Shown here in pieces: positions 12,401-28,673 of a stretch of 39,859 nucleotides of DNA. Under the pieces are notes generated by a model. It saw only the letters and a list, made by a program, of their open reading frames with translations, was not told the DNA's origin and ran no database searches. The translations under genes were made by a program, and so were the position numbers. The stretch's first letter is position 1. Every line of letters starts with the position of its first letter. The stretch comes from Bigelowiella natans CCMP2755 (Eukaryota; Protista; Cercozoa), in contig ADNK01002212.1 in assembly GCA_000320545.1 (NCBI GenBank), forward strand, positions 1 through 39,859. The letters run 5' to 3'.

Positions 12401-13560
12401 GCTAGCTATTGATGCTATAGAAACAGTACGATAGTAGTGATAATGATGGTAGTAGTGATGGTAGTGTTTAGTTATATTGTATGAGGATGAAGAGGAGGGA
12501 GATACGCGAAGTTAATGTACTCGTATTCATCTCTTGGTAGGTAATATTTTGGTGCCGTAGTTCGTTGTTGTAAAAAGAGTAATATGAATACCTTCCGACT
12601 GTTCTACTGTAGTGATTGATGGGGATGATGACAAACTCCCCATCTTGGGCTGGGAAGTTATTGGGACCGCCTCGGTTGTTGTTGTTGTTGCTGTTCTCTC
12701 TGTCTTCTTCGTTGTTTCAATGTGAAACAATGAAATCGTTTGCGTTGTCCCGCTAGCCTCAACATTATCGTCATTCTGAGCATTCTGCGTTTGCCTCTTC
12801 TCCTCCATGTTCAACTTGTCACTAGTTCTTTGTTTATTCGTATAAGAGGTCACCACTTCCTGTGTCGACGTGCAGCGTTTGGCTAAATGGTGAAAGTACG
12901 CGGTAGCAATAGGAACAAGAGATAAAAATGAGAGGGATGGTGGAGATCTGCTTCATTACTGATAGTAGCTATTCAGAAGGCTGTAGTTTTCTGACTATCA
13001 GGAAGTACCTCTTTGTCGTGCTAACGATATCCGCGTCATCCTACGTCTACATCGCTTCTTAGACTTTCTTTGCTTCTTATTTTCTCCCAGTAGAAATTGC
13101 ATCTAATAGTTTGAGAAGAGAGGATGGTCTGACGACAATCGCGTTTTCATCGTAACATACATCATTCTAGTTGTATTCTGTTGTATACAGGAAATTAATA
13201 GAATGTCTTTACCCAGATTGCCAACAAAGACTTCGAATCCCCAGTCAAACCAGATGACAATCAACGAATCATTAATCAACCCAATCATAGCAAAAAAGCA
13301 ACGAAAATGTGTGTCGTTGAAAGTGGAATTCGATGACACACAATATACAATCATTTTCGGGCTACCTTTCTTTTAGAACTATTTCCGTTCCTGTCTTGTC
13401 CAGCTCTCCTTTAGTAACAGAGAGTGCCTTATGTGAAAATCAACCTTCGGTCACGTAACCGCAACATACTTCTTACCCCCCATCTGGATCATCCTCCCAT
13501 TTGCTTTTTTTAATTCGAGATTCACGATTCTGCTTCAGTGAGTTCCTCATCAGAAAGGTA
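9440..13560 (-). CDS. Hypothetical multi-exon low-complexity protein gene(s); exon structure and limits unresolved
   Basis: A series of minus-strand ORF segments with GT/AG boundaries, e.g. MQFLLGENKKQRK...RQR|AKRCTSTQEVVTSYTNK (phase-consistent), 11723-11932 (coiled-coil-like KLHEALQELRRSEADRRKLTKTLLEM), 11034-11573, 10631-10912 and 10115-10435. No recognisable domain. Confidence 0.4.
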
Positions 13561-13899
13561 CAATGTTGAAAAAAATGATTCGTATGGTTCTGCCCCCCTT
13601 CCCGCAATAAGAATTGATGGGGGGGGCACTGGCGTTAACTTGATCGGCTCGAAAAGCACGAGGAAATGATCACATTATTGATGTGATTTTCACGAAGCGA
13701 CATGTGATTCATTGAGTCGCATTTGGAAGAATCGCGTGCCTCTAAAAGGTCCACCAAGAACCACCACGAGCGACTTTCTCGTCATTATTTCCGAACCGAA
13801 GAAGGAATGTGCAGGAACGCTTGTCGTTTTGAATATGCGACAATGAAATTCTCTGACTGTAAAAACTGCCAGATAACAGAGTTTTACTTGTTCTCCTAG

Positions 13900-15272
13900 A
13901 AGGGAGGGAGGGACCAGGAACAAGAAGAAGCATCACGAAGCTGCATCAACGGCGCCCAATCCTCTTCTGGATCTTCTTCATTTGTTGTACTCGTACGGCC
14001 TAAAGAAAGAATCGGTGCCAGGAGGAGGAGGACACAACATTTTCTGAAACGGCGAACCCTCTTGCACTGCAGTTTGGCCCCGAGAAGCCAAGCTCTCGTA
14101 CATAATGGAATTCTTCAAGAATCAGGTCAAGAGTTTTGGAGCAAAGTCAAAAGACATCCCTGAAGGTAAAAAAAGTAAAAGCGTAATTTGAAGCACCTTT
14201 CTTTGTCATTATTTAGATTTCTTCCTCTTGTTATTTAGTAAATAGATAGCAGCCCACTCGTTGTACTCGTCGGCGAATGTTATTGTCAATTTTGTGTGAA
14301 GCAGCACTCACCGTTCGTATTTTTTCTTTCCTCAGCTATTCTTTTGTTTAATATCGGGGTCTGGGGTATATATGGCGGTCTCTTTGCCTTCTGTACAAGA
14401 TTTCAACCAGTTCGCACAATTGGTACATCCAATCAAGAATCTCTACGATTCTATTTGAATATAATAATGCTCGTGAGAGAAATAATTCCTGAACATTTTA
14501 GGTCGAACAAAGGCGGGGGAAGCTGGACGGAGATATCTTATTGTATGAGATGATTTAATATCAGTGACAGTGTGGATGAAATAATGCATATTGCTTTATA
14601 TAAGTTCCTAAAATATATTCCAGAATTGGCTGGGAAATCGATTCACTGCATTCGAGAAATACGTGATGGTGGGTGCAGAAAAGTTTGGAAAATGGGGCAT
14701 TGTTAAACCTATACCACGGTAGTAGATAAATAGAAGGAATTAGTAGCATAAACGTACTTCAACCACTGGAAGCTAAGTATATTCAATGTTTTGATATAAA
14801 TTACAGCATATTAAATCAAGCTCCAAAAGACTTTACCCTCAATCTAGCAGAGACTGCAGTACGAATTTTGCGACTACAATCTTTGCAATATTGCATTTGT
14901 CTTTTTTTCATATAACTTTCACGAATCGTTGTTAAAATTAAATGTATCCATATCTTCGCAAAGGCGGTCTACAACGTCACGTTTCCTTTCTGGTTCTACG
15001 TCATCGGAAAGGTAAAATAATCACTCCTATTTTCACGAACTTTTCAGTTCTTAGTAGAAATGATGATGTTTATCCCTTCCAACGAACACGTTCTTCTTTG
15101 TCACAGGGAATCGGAGGCTATTATCACAACAAATACAAGCTTGATGACGAGGTGGTCGCAAACAAGAATGTTGCGGATGCTGGTAACGAAGGTGTCAATT
15201 CCCAGCGGGATCTCTGTGTCGACACCGCTGAAGACATGTCGAACAAATGATGCGATTAGACGTGTGCTATGA
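13900..15272 (+). CDS. Hypothetical multi-exon gene; start and end uncertain
   Basis: Phase-consistent splicing gives ...FVVLVRPKERIVWPREAKLSYIMEFFKNQVKSFGAKSKDIPEAILLFNIGVWGRTKAG...NWLGNRFTAFEKYV. ILLFNIGVW weakly recalls the 'DVLVFNxGxW' block of SGNH/PC-esterase-like proteins. Confidence 0.4.
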
Positions 15273-15274
15273 AC

Positions 15275-16790
15275 ACAAATTCAGATTTGAAATGCAAAAT
15301 TGGAAGTTTCACATTGCATGTACTAGCTAGCTAGTGCATGCTTGCGCTGATCGTTGTGCCAACCATCATCATTGCCAAGGCAGCGTCGTCTCCACGCACA
15401 CAAACAGCTGATCGCATCGCGGCACACGCAGCTCGGTCAGCCCTGCAACAAATTTTGTGTTTGAGCGATTGCACAAGTGGGCGAATTGCGCAAGTGTTCC
15501 AGGAGAGCCAAAAAAGGTCGAAAATTCTGACAATTTCGGTGTGATCTGTGCCAGCTAGCCAGTGCGGTCACGCACGCTTGTAACAACGCTTGCACGATCA
15601 AAAAGTGAACCTGAAAACACCACGCTTGCTAGCTTGCTAGCTTGAGCACGTGACCATCCTGATGGACATGCACAGCCGGGAGCACCAGCTAGCCAGGCGT
15701 GACGAAAATGAGAAAGCTGCGAAATTTTGAGTTCAGTGACTTCGAATTTTTGCGTTTTTTTTTTCAGGCCTCAAATTTTGTCACAAATTGATCTCGCAGC
15801 TAGCAAGCACACTCGCAAAAATTGAGTTTTTTTTCTCGAACCAAGCCAAAACGTGTTTTTTTTTTTTTGCACAAAGTGTGCAGTGCTGCTGCATTGCTTC
15901 AGTTCTTGCAGGAAACGTGCAACAAAACCGTGAAAGTCCCGAGTTTCGCCCAGTTGTGCAGAAGCTTCAGCGCGCACTGGCGCAGTGAAAACCAAAAAAA
16001 ATGAGACACGCTGGCACGTTCGCACGCAGCTGGGATTTTTCGTGTGCATGCAATTGGCGTGTGCGCACGCGCTTGCGCACTCAAAACACTGCAACAGCGC
16101 TGCACATGTTGCTTGCAACTCTCACCAAACTTCTCGCATTTTTCGCAAAAACAGCGTTTTTGGCCTTCGAAAGTGACACGTTTTTGGTCGTCTCTGTCTG
16201 GCTGGACGTTGCTGGATTGCCACCACACATCTCGAAGAAAGAAAGAAACTTTGATGATTGACTGCAATGCCTCCAGCCATCATGGCTGAAAACAAGTGTT
16301 GAAACCAGCAATGAACAATGAACAATGAACAATGAACAATGATGGTGAACCACACTTCCAAAATCAGCACGGTGAAAACTTTGGTGAAAATCGGTGGAAC
16401 AAACAAACAAACAAACAAACGTGATGAAGAGCTGCACTTCCAAAGTGTTGAAGGAGAAGAAACAGTTGTGGCTGCCAGAGCAAATGAATCCGAGCCTGGC
16501 AGTCCGTGTGGTCACATTTTCATCGATGTGACTTCAAAGATTGAATGGGTATTTCTGACGTGGAACAACATCGAATGAAATGAAGTGACAAATGAATGAA
16601 ATATAATTTCAAATTTCACCAATGAACTTCGCCTTGTCCACCACAAGAAGAGTCCACCTGATTGTCTCAACAGATGTCGCAAAAAACCCAAATGATGTGT
16701 CTTTCTAGGTTTAGCCCTTGCGAAAAGGGTTGCAAGGTTGCACAGTCTCGATTCAGTGTTTGCCTCAAAGCCAACATCTCTTGGTTGCAT
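15275..16790. other. TpA-depleted intergenic island 3 (strongest)
   Basis: No TA between 15803 and 16549 (~745 bp). Upstream TAs are almost all in CTAG. A-tract core at 15700-16190; (CAATGAA)n at 16309-16342 and (AAAC)n at ~16398-16420. Confidence 0.95.
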
Positions 16791-17507
16791 GTGTTTATTG
16801 AAACTCCGGGATAATTAAAAGCTATGCGAAAATACATCCATTTTCATTCTGAGACTGAGGCAAAATCCTGTGATGGGAAATTTTTGTCCTGACATGCGAC
16901 AGACGACGTCGACAATCTCCTTCTCTGGAAAAAGACCTACAATTGAAGATATTCTTTAGGTAATCTTTCAGACATACGAGTCTCCTACGCAACACAGACA
17001 TCATGCTGTAAGACCGTCCTATGCTTTACATAAATATGGCTTCGAGGAAGTCGTAGGGCAAAATTAAGAATTAAATCATTCTCTTACAATCTGCATGATA
17101 CTGCATTTGCCATCAGAAAATTAAGAAAATAGCCTCTCATATATCCAGTCTTAGTGTAGTCTTATTTTAGAAATCGAGATGTCAAACAGCATTCATTTTG
17201 GTGCAAATATTACAAAATAACAAGTTTTTGATTGAATAATAGAGTAATCAGAATCCTAAGGGAGAAGAAATTAGGACTGAAAGACGGCGATTTGAGGGGT
17301 TTGTCAACCAGTTGCACCTCCACAACATCTACTTCAAATTACATCAGTGTACGCACCCCCCATTTTGTTCACTTACACAGTTTCCTCTTCATCATGAAAA
17401 CCTTGTGATTTAAAAGGGGTGTTATGCAACAGTAGGAGGAGATAGATCACAGGAGAGAATCTAAAATCACTTTATCTTGCAAACAGGTGAATACATCTGG
17501 ATAAAGT

Positions 17508-17843
17508 ATGCTTTCCCGTGTTGCCCTTGCCGCCCGCTCTTCCGTTCGCCGTGCTCCTGTCCGCAAGATGGGACACTACGTTGACCCTAAGAACCCTAAG
17601 GCTGTCTGGCTTTCAGATGCGGGAGCTTACCCCGTTCTCATTGTTTGTGGCTTCGCTGGCGCTCTTTGCACTTACTGGAACTACAGACTCCTCACTTCTC
17701 AGCCTCGTATCGCCTGGACAAAAACCCGCCGAGGTAATTTGATGAAGGAGGAAGTTGAAGCTGCCACATCGTATTACAATCACCCTCTTCGTGAGCTTGG
17801 TAAGAAGAAGCATCGGTCATACATGGCGAAGATCGAGCAATAA
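17508..17843 (+). CDS. B12D / NDUFA4 (MLRQ)-like small mitochondrial membrane protein
   Basis: 111 aa. An R/S/A-rich acid-free presequence (MLSRVALAARSSVRRAPVR) is followed by WLSDAGAYPVLIVCGFAGALC (single TM) and RLLTSQPRIAWTKTRR, the typical B12D pattern YP(L/V)...TM...R.L...P.(V/I)...K..R. Confidence 0.85.
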   Translation: MLSRVALAARSSVRRAPVRKMGHYVDPKNPKAVWLSDAGAYPVLIVCGFAGALCTYWNYRLLTSQPRIAWTKTRRGNLMKEEVEAATSYYNHPLRELGKKKHRSYMAKIEQ

Positions 17844-17959
17844 TTAAAAAATGCGATGGTAATGGGACCATTAAATTGAAGGCAAGGATATCCAACTGTC
17901 CGTCAGTCCTGTAAATGTCCACGTGAATTCATTTATCTATGGTCACTTCCAGAACAACA

Positions 17960-19480
17960 GCTGTTATCGCTAGGCTAGTCGATGTTGCAGGCTGGTCGAT
18001 GTTGTAGTAGCGCGTTCGAGATGCTGTGTAGAAGTGCTGGAGTGTGCCATGTTTTCATATATGTACGATCTTTATGAGATCATTCGTCGTCAGAAACTTT
18101 TCAAGCACTTACTTTAGTTGCTTCATAATTTTGTCATTCGGTTTGACATGAAATCCTCTGCGTGGTGTACACGTATACACGTACATAGACGCTTAGACGA
18201 GAATGTGCGCACGACATACCGCTACGTATACGACACACGGCAGCAACAATGTATCCAGAAGACATATATAACAGCAAGCGTTATTGCTTATGTTTTAACA
18301 TGCACGCAAACAATAAAGCACAAAGGATGTCGTGCATCAGATTGTGATATACTGCTAGCGTAGCTAGCTAGCAGCTAGCTAGCTAGTAGATAGCGCACAT
18401 GCATGCGACTTGATCACATTGTATCTAGTATCTAGACATCTAGACATGATGCATGTATAGCGACTTACTTGCAAAAGTAGTACTGTACATAGAACGCACA
18501 TGCATCGATCTAGTGTCGTAGTAGCTGCGCTTTTCATATTTTAGTAAACACAATGTCCGTATGCGACATTGACATGTGTACGTACTTATGTGTACGTGTG
18601 TACGTGTGTCGTAGCACGATGCGATGTATGCGTAGGCGTGTACATATGGACAGCTTACTAGGTTACACGACGTACATGACATTGCATGCTTGTCACGCAT
18701 ATACGCACATGATGAAATCGCATCATCTGTGGTGTAGTGAGTCATCGCGATCACACACGTGTGTGCGCATGCATAGCGCACTGCGCACACCACACACGCG
18801 TGTGTCATGCTGTTCATGCCACATCGTGCACATATGAGACGGATGTAATGAAATGTTTAAATTGTTTCAATGGTCATCCTAATGTAGCTGTGCAATGCAG
18901 CGGCTACAGCGCTTAAATTGTGTCTATTTGTTTCCTTGGTCACATGGCGCATGCATGAAAATGCATCCTGTTTTGTCGTGCCCATATAGTCGGACATCCT
19001 GTTTATGATCCTTGAAAAAGACACACATTGGTGCGTAGCAATAAGCCATGCATGATAGCTAGTCATCGTAGACATAATCGACCATGGCTAGATGGCTTGC
19101 AAGTGCTTCGCAATGTCACCGCACACCTGTACGTACATGCGCATACGATACACCTAGCTAGCTAGATGTGTGTGCAATGCATGTGACGGACGCCGCATGC
19201 TAGTATGCGCGTGCGTCGCTTGGGGCGAAGCAACACGTAGTGTAGGGAGCCAACCACCTCAATTTTGCGTTTACAAGCATGATCAAATCTTACTCAATGC
19301 TACGCCAATTGTTGATAAATAAGCCATGCACTGCGCATTTCTACATGGCCTATTTCGCATGTGCTAGCTGCCGTGTTTCTTGCAGCATCCTCAATAGCCA
19401 GTATTTGTCAAAGATTTTGCCTGATGTTGCGCGAATACCATGATTGTCAACTTGAAATGTACTGATGCTCCATTTGCATG
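17960..19480. other. Partially TpA-converted intergenic island 4, rich in alternating purine-pyrimidine sequence and (CTAG)n
   Basis: Dense mixed TG/CA/CG/TA alternation at 18560-18835. CTAG arrays at 18355-18387 and 19154-19165. Contains LINE-like copy B. Confidence 0.7.
18831..18975 (-). mobile_element. 5'-truncated copy B of the same LINE-like 3' end
   Basis: 142/145 identical to 6250-6394 by manual alignment, same orientation and same 3' boundary. Encodes ...KQDAFSCMRHVTKETNRHNLSAVAAALHSYIRMTIETI*. Confidence 0.65.
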
Positions 19481-19949
19481 TACACATATCTATGTGGAAA
19501 CCGTCTAAATCGACGCATAAGACAAAGGAAACGTTGGGGGTAGAAAGACGGATAAGATGCATGAAGTTGAATTCTCACCAGCAACTGTATCTCATGAAGC
19601 AGCTGGACATGCTTCTCTTCAGGAGCTGAGAATAGAAAATAAATAAATAAGAGCTATGCGATGATAATTATTGAGGAAGGTATTTCAAACAAGAATTTAT
19701 CGATTTTTAAGCATATTTTGTAATATATTAGAGACAGTCGCTAATTTCGGTGGCACAATGCTCCTCCTCCTCCTCCTCCTACTACTACTCTCTTTACCAA
19801 CCTACTGCCAATATCGCTACTTTTTTCAGGGGATGTACGACGAGCACATGCTTGTTGCCCTGAGACAAATAAAGATACGAATGCATGACTTACGAAAATG
19901 TATTCGAAAGAAATAAACACAGGCTTCTTTCGAACAATAATGTACATGC

Positions 19950-24241
<4,292 letters not shown>

Positions 24242-24719
24242 TGCCGGCTGCCTTCAATTGTATGTAGTTCGTCCTAGCAATGTAAAAACGCTTTCCTTTC
24301 CAAGAGATCCCCCACCCTCTAGCCGTCTTGTAATAGATCAACTACCAGCTTCAAAAGTAACGGAAATGCGTTACATGTGTTTCTCCTTTTTTTCCTCTTC
24401 TCATCATAGATCTACCTGTAGGATGTTTTATGCTCTATATTTTGACTAAATAACAACGGTTAACTTGCACATGTTTGATGGATAACTTGGCTCAAGATAG
24501 ATCATTTTGCTCCTTTTCGAAAACTTCCGACATTTGTTTCAGCGCATGACTTTTTGAGGGGGCCACCGAGTCGTAGTGTCGTGCTTTACACGAAGTACAT
24601 CCAGACTAGATTTGAATCGCAGCAGCAGCTAAATAACCACCGCTGATTGGGACTGAAGAGTAACTGAAAGGTGAGACTTTTTTGTCGGGTACTCCACTAC
24701 ATGACTCCACTACATCATG

Positions 24720-24844
24720 TGCAAAATGCGGCATCCGACTGGCAGAGGAGGAGGAGGAGGAGGAGGAGGAGGGAGGAGAGGAAAAGCAGAGATTTTGCAC
24801 AGCAGTGCCACTTTGCCATCAACAAAGAGTCTGTTGACAAAAAG

Positions 24845-24886
<42 letters not shown>

Positions 24887-26900
24887 AGGGGGGGCACTCA
24901 CTGGCACGTCCGCACTTCATCTTCGCTTCCAGGACCACACCAAAGCCACGGAAAGCGTTTGGACCAGTCTCATGTTGCGGATGTTCAGATGGTTTAAACG
25001 TTGAGTTTTCTCGCTGACGACTGGGTTTCCACCTGTGAGACCCACCACCCAACCAGCCAGACCGCTGTGGGTGTGCTGACCGCCCAGGTTGCACCCAACC
25101 GCAACGCTTTTTTTTGACTTTTTGGGCCAAGGCAGCAAGCATCGATGCTGGAGTGGAGTGCTCACACGCACTTGCACACCTTTGCAGACACTGCATCCGC
25201 GAGAAACTTCAACTTCGCAAGAACAATGGACCTTTCACCCTTCTGGCCTTGTGAGAAACAACACATTGCGTTCGCCCACGCTTTTGATCTGTGTGCTAGC
25301 TGGTGGGCAAGGGCTGAAGTTGCCCTGACCGCAGAGGGAACGACCTGGACCAGTGGATGCGCACAATTTCAAAAAAAACGTTCGATCGATCAAGCGGTGC
25401 GAAAGCCTTGCTCTCTGATCGATCGCTGATGTCGAAATTGCACTGGCCAGCTAGCCAGGATGTCAGAGGACCAGAGGACCAGAGGAGTTTGACGTTGTGT
25501 GGCCGGAAAGTGGTTGCATCGTACCCGGCCCAGGTCGGCAGTCTGCTGCCGTGGACAAGGTCCAGAAAGAAGATGAGTGGAACGTGCACATTGCGTGTTC
25601 ATCGTGTGCACAAACAGTGCCAGAGTGCAATCATTGCACCGCCGCGTCTGTTGTCACCAGCATGACCAGGAACATCGCATCCCGCTGCTGCTTTGCTAAC
25701 TTTGCACAGCCACATTGGGATGGCCATTGAAAAGATTTGATCACTTCATTGCATCCATCTCACATCGCACATCGCTGGAGCTCGTGCGAAGTGCAGCGTT
25801 GCCATGTTGCAAACCTGCTGCAGATCATTGCGGGAGGCATGTACTCACCTGCTCAACTAGCCGGACTAGCCCCCTGCTAGCCTGTCTCAACTTTCCACGT
25901 GATCAAGCTCATTGTTCGAACTGATGACGTTTCGAATGCCATTGACAGGGCTCCCTGTGCGATGCAGACTTGGACGCGTGCTTTTGCAGCCACGCGCACG
26001 TGCCACTGTGCGCGCATCACAACTAGCACCCCGTCAAACCCGGCGACGACTGGGGTTTGCACAAACCTGGAAACCATGCTTTGCGCGCGCGGCCCCTCTG
26101 CGCTCTGATCGTTGCAATTGGACATTGGAAGCACACTGCTAGACTGCGGAGCCTGTTCATTGAAGTTCAAATTTGATTTTTTTTTCGAATTTCAGCTTCA
26201 AAACCTCGTTTTTCAACGCCTGCCAGCGGGCGCAAATGTTGCAAAATGCTCACCACTTCTCAAACAGCCCAGCGCAGTTGCACTTGCTGTGCCACGCACA
26301 GGTTTTGCAAGCTCATGAGGGTGTGCGCAACAGCTTCATTTTGTCATTGTGAAATTTCAGCACACGCAGGCACACACCGCGTGCGGGCGGGTGTGTGCTC
26401 AATGACTTCTCAATTTCCATGGCCCCTAGCTAGCTAGGCCCTGCACGGCCATGTAGCACACGCACGCGTACGAACAAAGGCCATGTGAATTGAGAGGTCA
26501 CACCACTCGTTAATTGTATAATTGCAGGTTTGACGGAGTCGTGATTCGCATCGTTTGGATTCATCAACAATTCATCGCGACATGCGATCATCTCGACTTT
26601 CATTTTTTTCCGCCCAACTACACTAGTACAGGCTGATCTTGGCAAGTAGCCTATCGTGTGATGTGCCAAAAGTCTAGAAAATGTGAAAGGTGACCAAGGG
26701 TGCTCATCGCATCAATAAGTCATCATCATGCTCATTGCTTGATAGAGTTTTGCTACGACAGCAACAGCGGCGGCGTTGTTTATGCACGCATGTGATACAA
26801 CTACTCATGTTGAATTTGCGTGCACTCGCCATAGTATTTGTTACATTCTGAATCACTTTATGTGAGGCGGGCATGGACTTGTGCATTTTAAAGGAGTCTA
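24720..26900. other. TpA-depleted intergenic island 5
   Basis: TA-free runs at 24997-25296 and 26142-26426. Most remaining TAs up to 26440 are in CTAG, and depletion fades toward the FNR 3' end. Confidence 0.9.
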
Positions 26901-26957
26901 AGTAATCTGTCTTTTAGATAATTAATTTCTTTCAGTCAGATCATGGTGGAACACCAT

Positions 26958-28673
26958 TTAATAGACCTCAACGTGCCATTGACCAGCCTTCTTCCATTTC
27001 TGAAGAGTCTCCTCCCAGTTGACTCCTTGGGATTTAGCAACACTTTCCATAGCTCCGAGGACACCAGGCATCATTCCCTTGAGTCCGCAGAAGTAGATGT
27101 GTGCACCGAGGTTCATGAGCTCGAAGACTTCCTTTCCGTATTCCTCAACCTTATCCTGGATGTACATCTTACCGCCGCTCTTGTTCTTTTGCTCACGGGA
27201 AAGCGCAACGTCGTAGCGGAACTTTTCAGGGTATTTCTCCTGCATTGCCTTCCAGTCTTCATCGTAAAGAAGAGCATCGGAATTGGCAACACCAAGGAAG
27301 AGCCATGCGAGTCCCTTTTAGTAAGCAGAATGTAAGTAATTATCGGTCGAATTTGTGATATTTAAGGCGATGCTTGAAAACGAAGATAGAGTGTTTTCTC
27401 ATTCGATTTTTCTATCATGTTTATAATTTAGCCCTCTGATGCAGAAAAGGAAGTTCACTAGTTTTAATATTGTGAAATACACTAAATATATCCTAAAATA
27501 CTTTATGTGTTCTTTAATTTGAACTTAGTGGCAAAATAAAGGGATTAGAAGCTGTAAAGTAAGATTTCTATTAAAATATATCCAGGGATCATCATAATCA
27601 TGCTGACAACCGGATAGATCTTACCTTGAACTTTTCTGCTGCCTCAGTGTTCTCAACGAAGAGACGGCGGAGGAATCCACGGTATGGTGCAATACCAGTA
27701 CCAGTTGCAAGCATGATAATAGGAGTTTCAGGTTTCTCCTCAGGCATCAGCATAACCTGATGAAGCATTAATTGGATGAATATCATTATTCCTTCTTTCA
27801 TTTTGGTGGATGATCAGCGGGACAGAAATAATTAGGTTGATAAGTATGGAAAAACAACAGCTAGTATCTCAAATTCAAACAATGAGCATGAAAAGAGCTA
27901 AAGCGTTTCAGCGGAATATATTTTCACCTTTCCAGCAGGTCCGGTAAGAGCAAGTTCAGTACCAGGCTTAGCATCACACAGGTAGTTGGAGCAGACACCC
28001 TTCTTAGCAGGATCCTCCTTTCCAAGCTCAGGATCCCAGTAGGTTGCGCGGCGCACACAGAGGGTCATGGTCTTACCAGTGAAGTCATCTCCATAACGGG
28101 TGGAAGCGATGGAGTATAGACGGACACCGTATGGCTTGTTGCGCTTAGGGTCAATTCCAGGAGGAATTACACCAGCAGACTGTCCTTCCCAGTATGGCAT
28201 CTTACCTTCGTGGTCAATGACGATGTTGCAGGTTTCTCCGGTAGCCTTAGGCCCAACAATGCGCTCTACGGAAACCACCTTAGCGGTCAAAGGAGCCTTG
28301 TTCTTGTGGGTGTTCACAGGAATGGTGCTCTTGTCGTAGTATGGCTTTGCTTCGAGGAAATCAAGTTTAGCGGTAGACTTAGGGGAGATAGGAGCCCTAG
28401 TAATAGGTAAATATAAGCAATCTCTCCTGACACTACGCACAAAAAGCAGATTCCCAATATACATTGTGTTATCATCTCATTTTAAATATTCGTTCACCTC
28501 CTGATGCCAGTCTTCACGCGCATGCTTGGGGTCACTGGGATAACCATGTGGGTGTTGCGAACCCTGGAAACAGCAGATCCGAGGGTGCGGTCGCTCGTGG
28601 AGAGGACGCATGCAACAAAGCCAACGGCGAGAACGACGTTAAGACACGCACTGAGGTTTAGGGCCATCCGCAT
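26958..28673 (-). CDS. petH: Plastid ferredoxin-NADP+ reductase with bipartite (signal + transit) leader
   Basis: Exons 28673-28498, 28396-27928, 27756-27625 and 27314-26958, all GT-AG and in phase. Motifs [46 protein letters not shown] and C-terminal WHVEVY. Leader [41 protein letters not shown]... Confidence 0.97.

Noticed and set aside
15275-16790. Classical RIP or CpG-methylation decay as the cause of island composition
   Set aside because: RIP increases TpA and 5mC deamination depletes CpG; here TpA is absent and CpG is abundant.
24819-26437. Many overlapping 60-140 aa ORFs on both strands in the islands (also 8162-9177 and 15338-16578)
   Set aside because: Loss of TA removes TAA and most TAG stops, so ORFs lengthen artificially. 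They are C/H/A/R-rich, nearly Tyr-free and have no recognisable domains.
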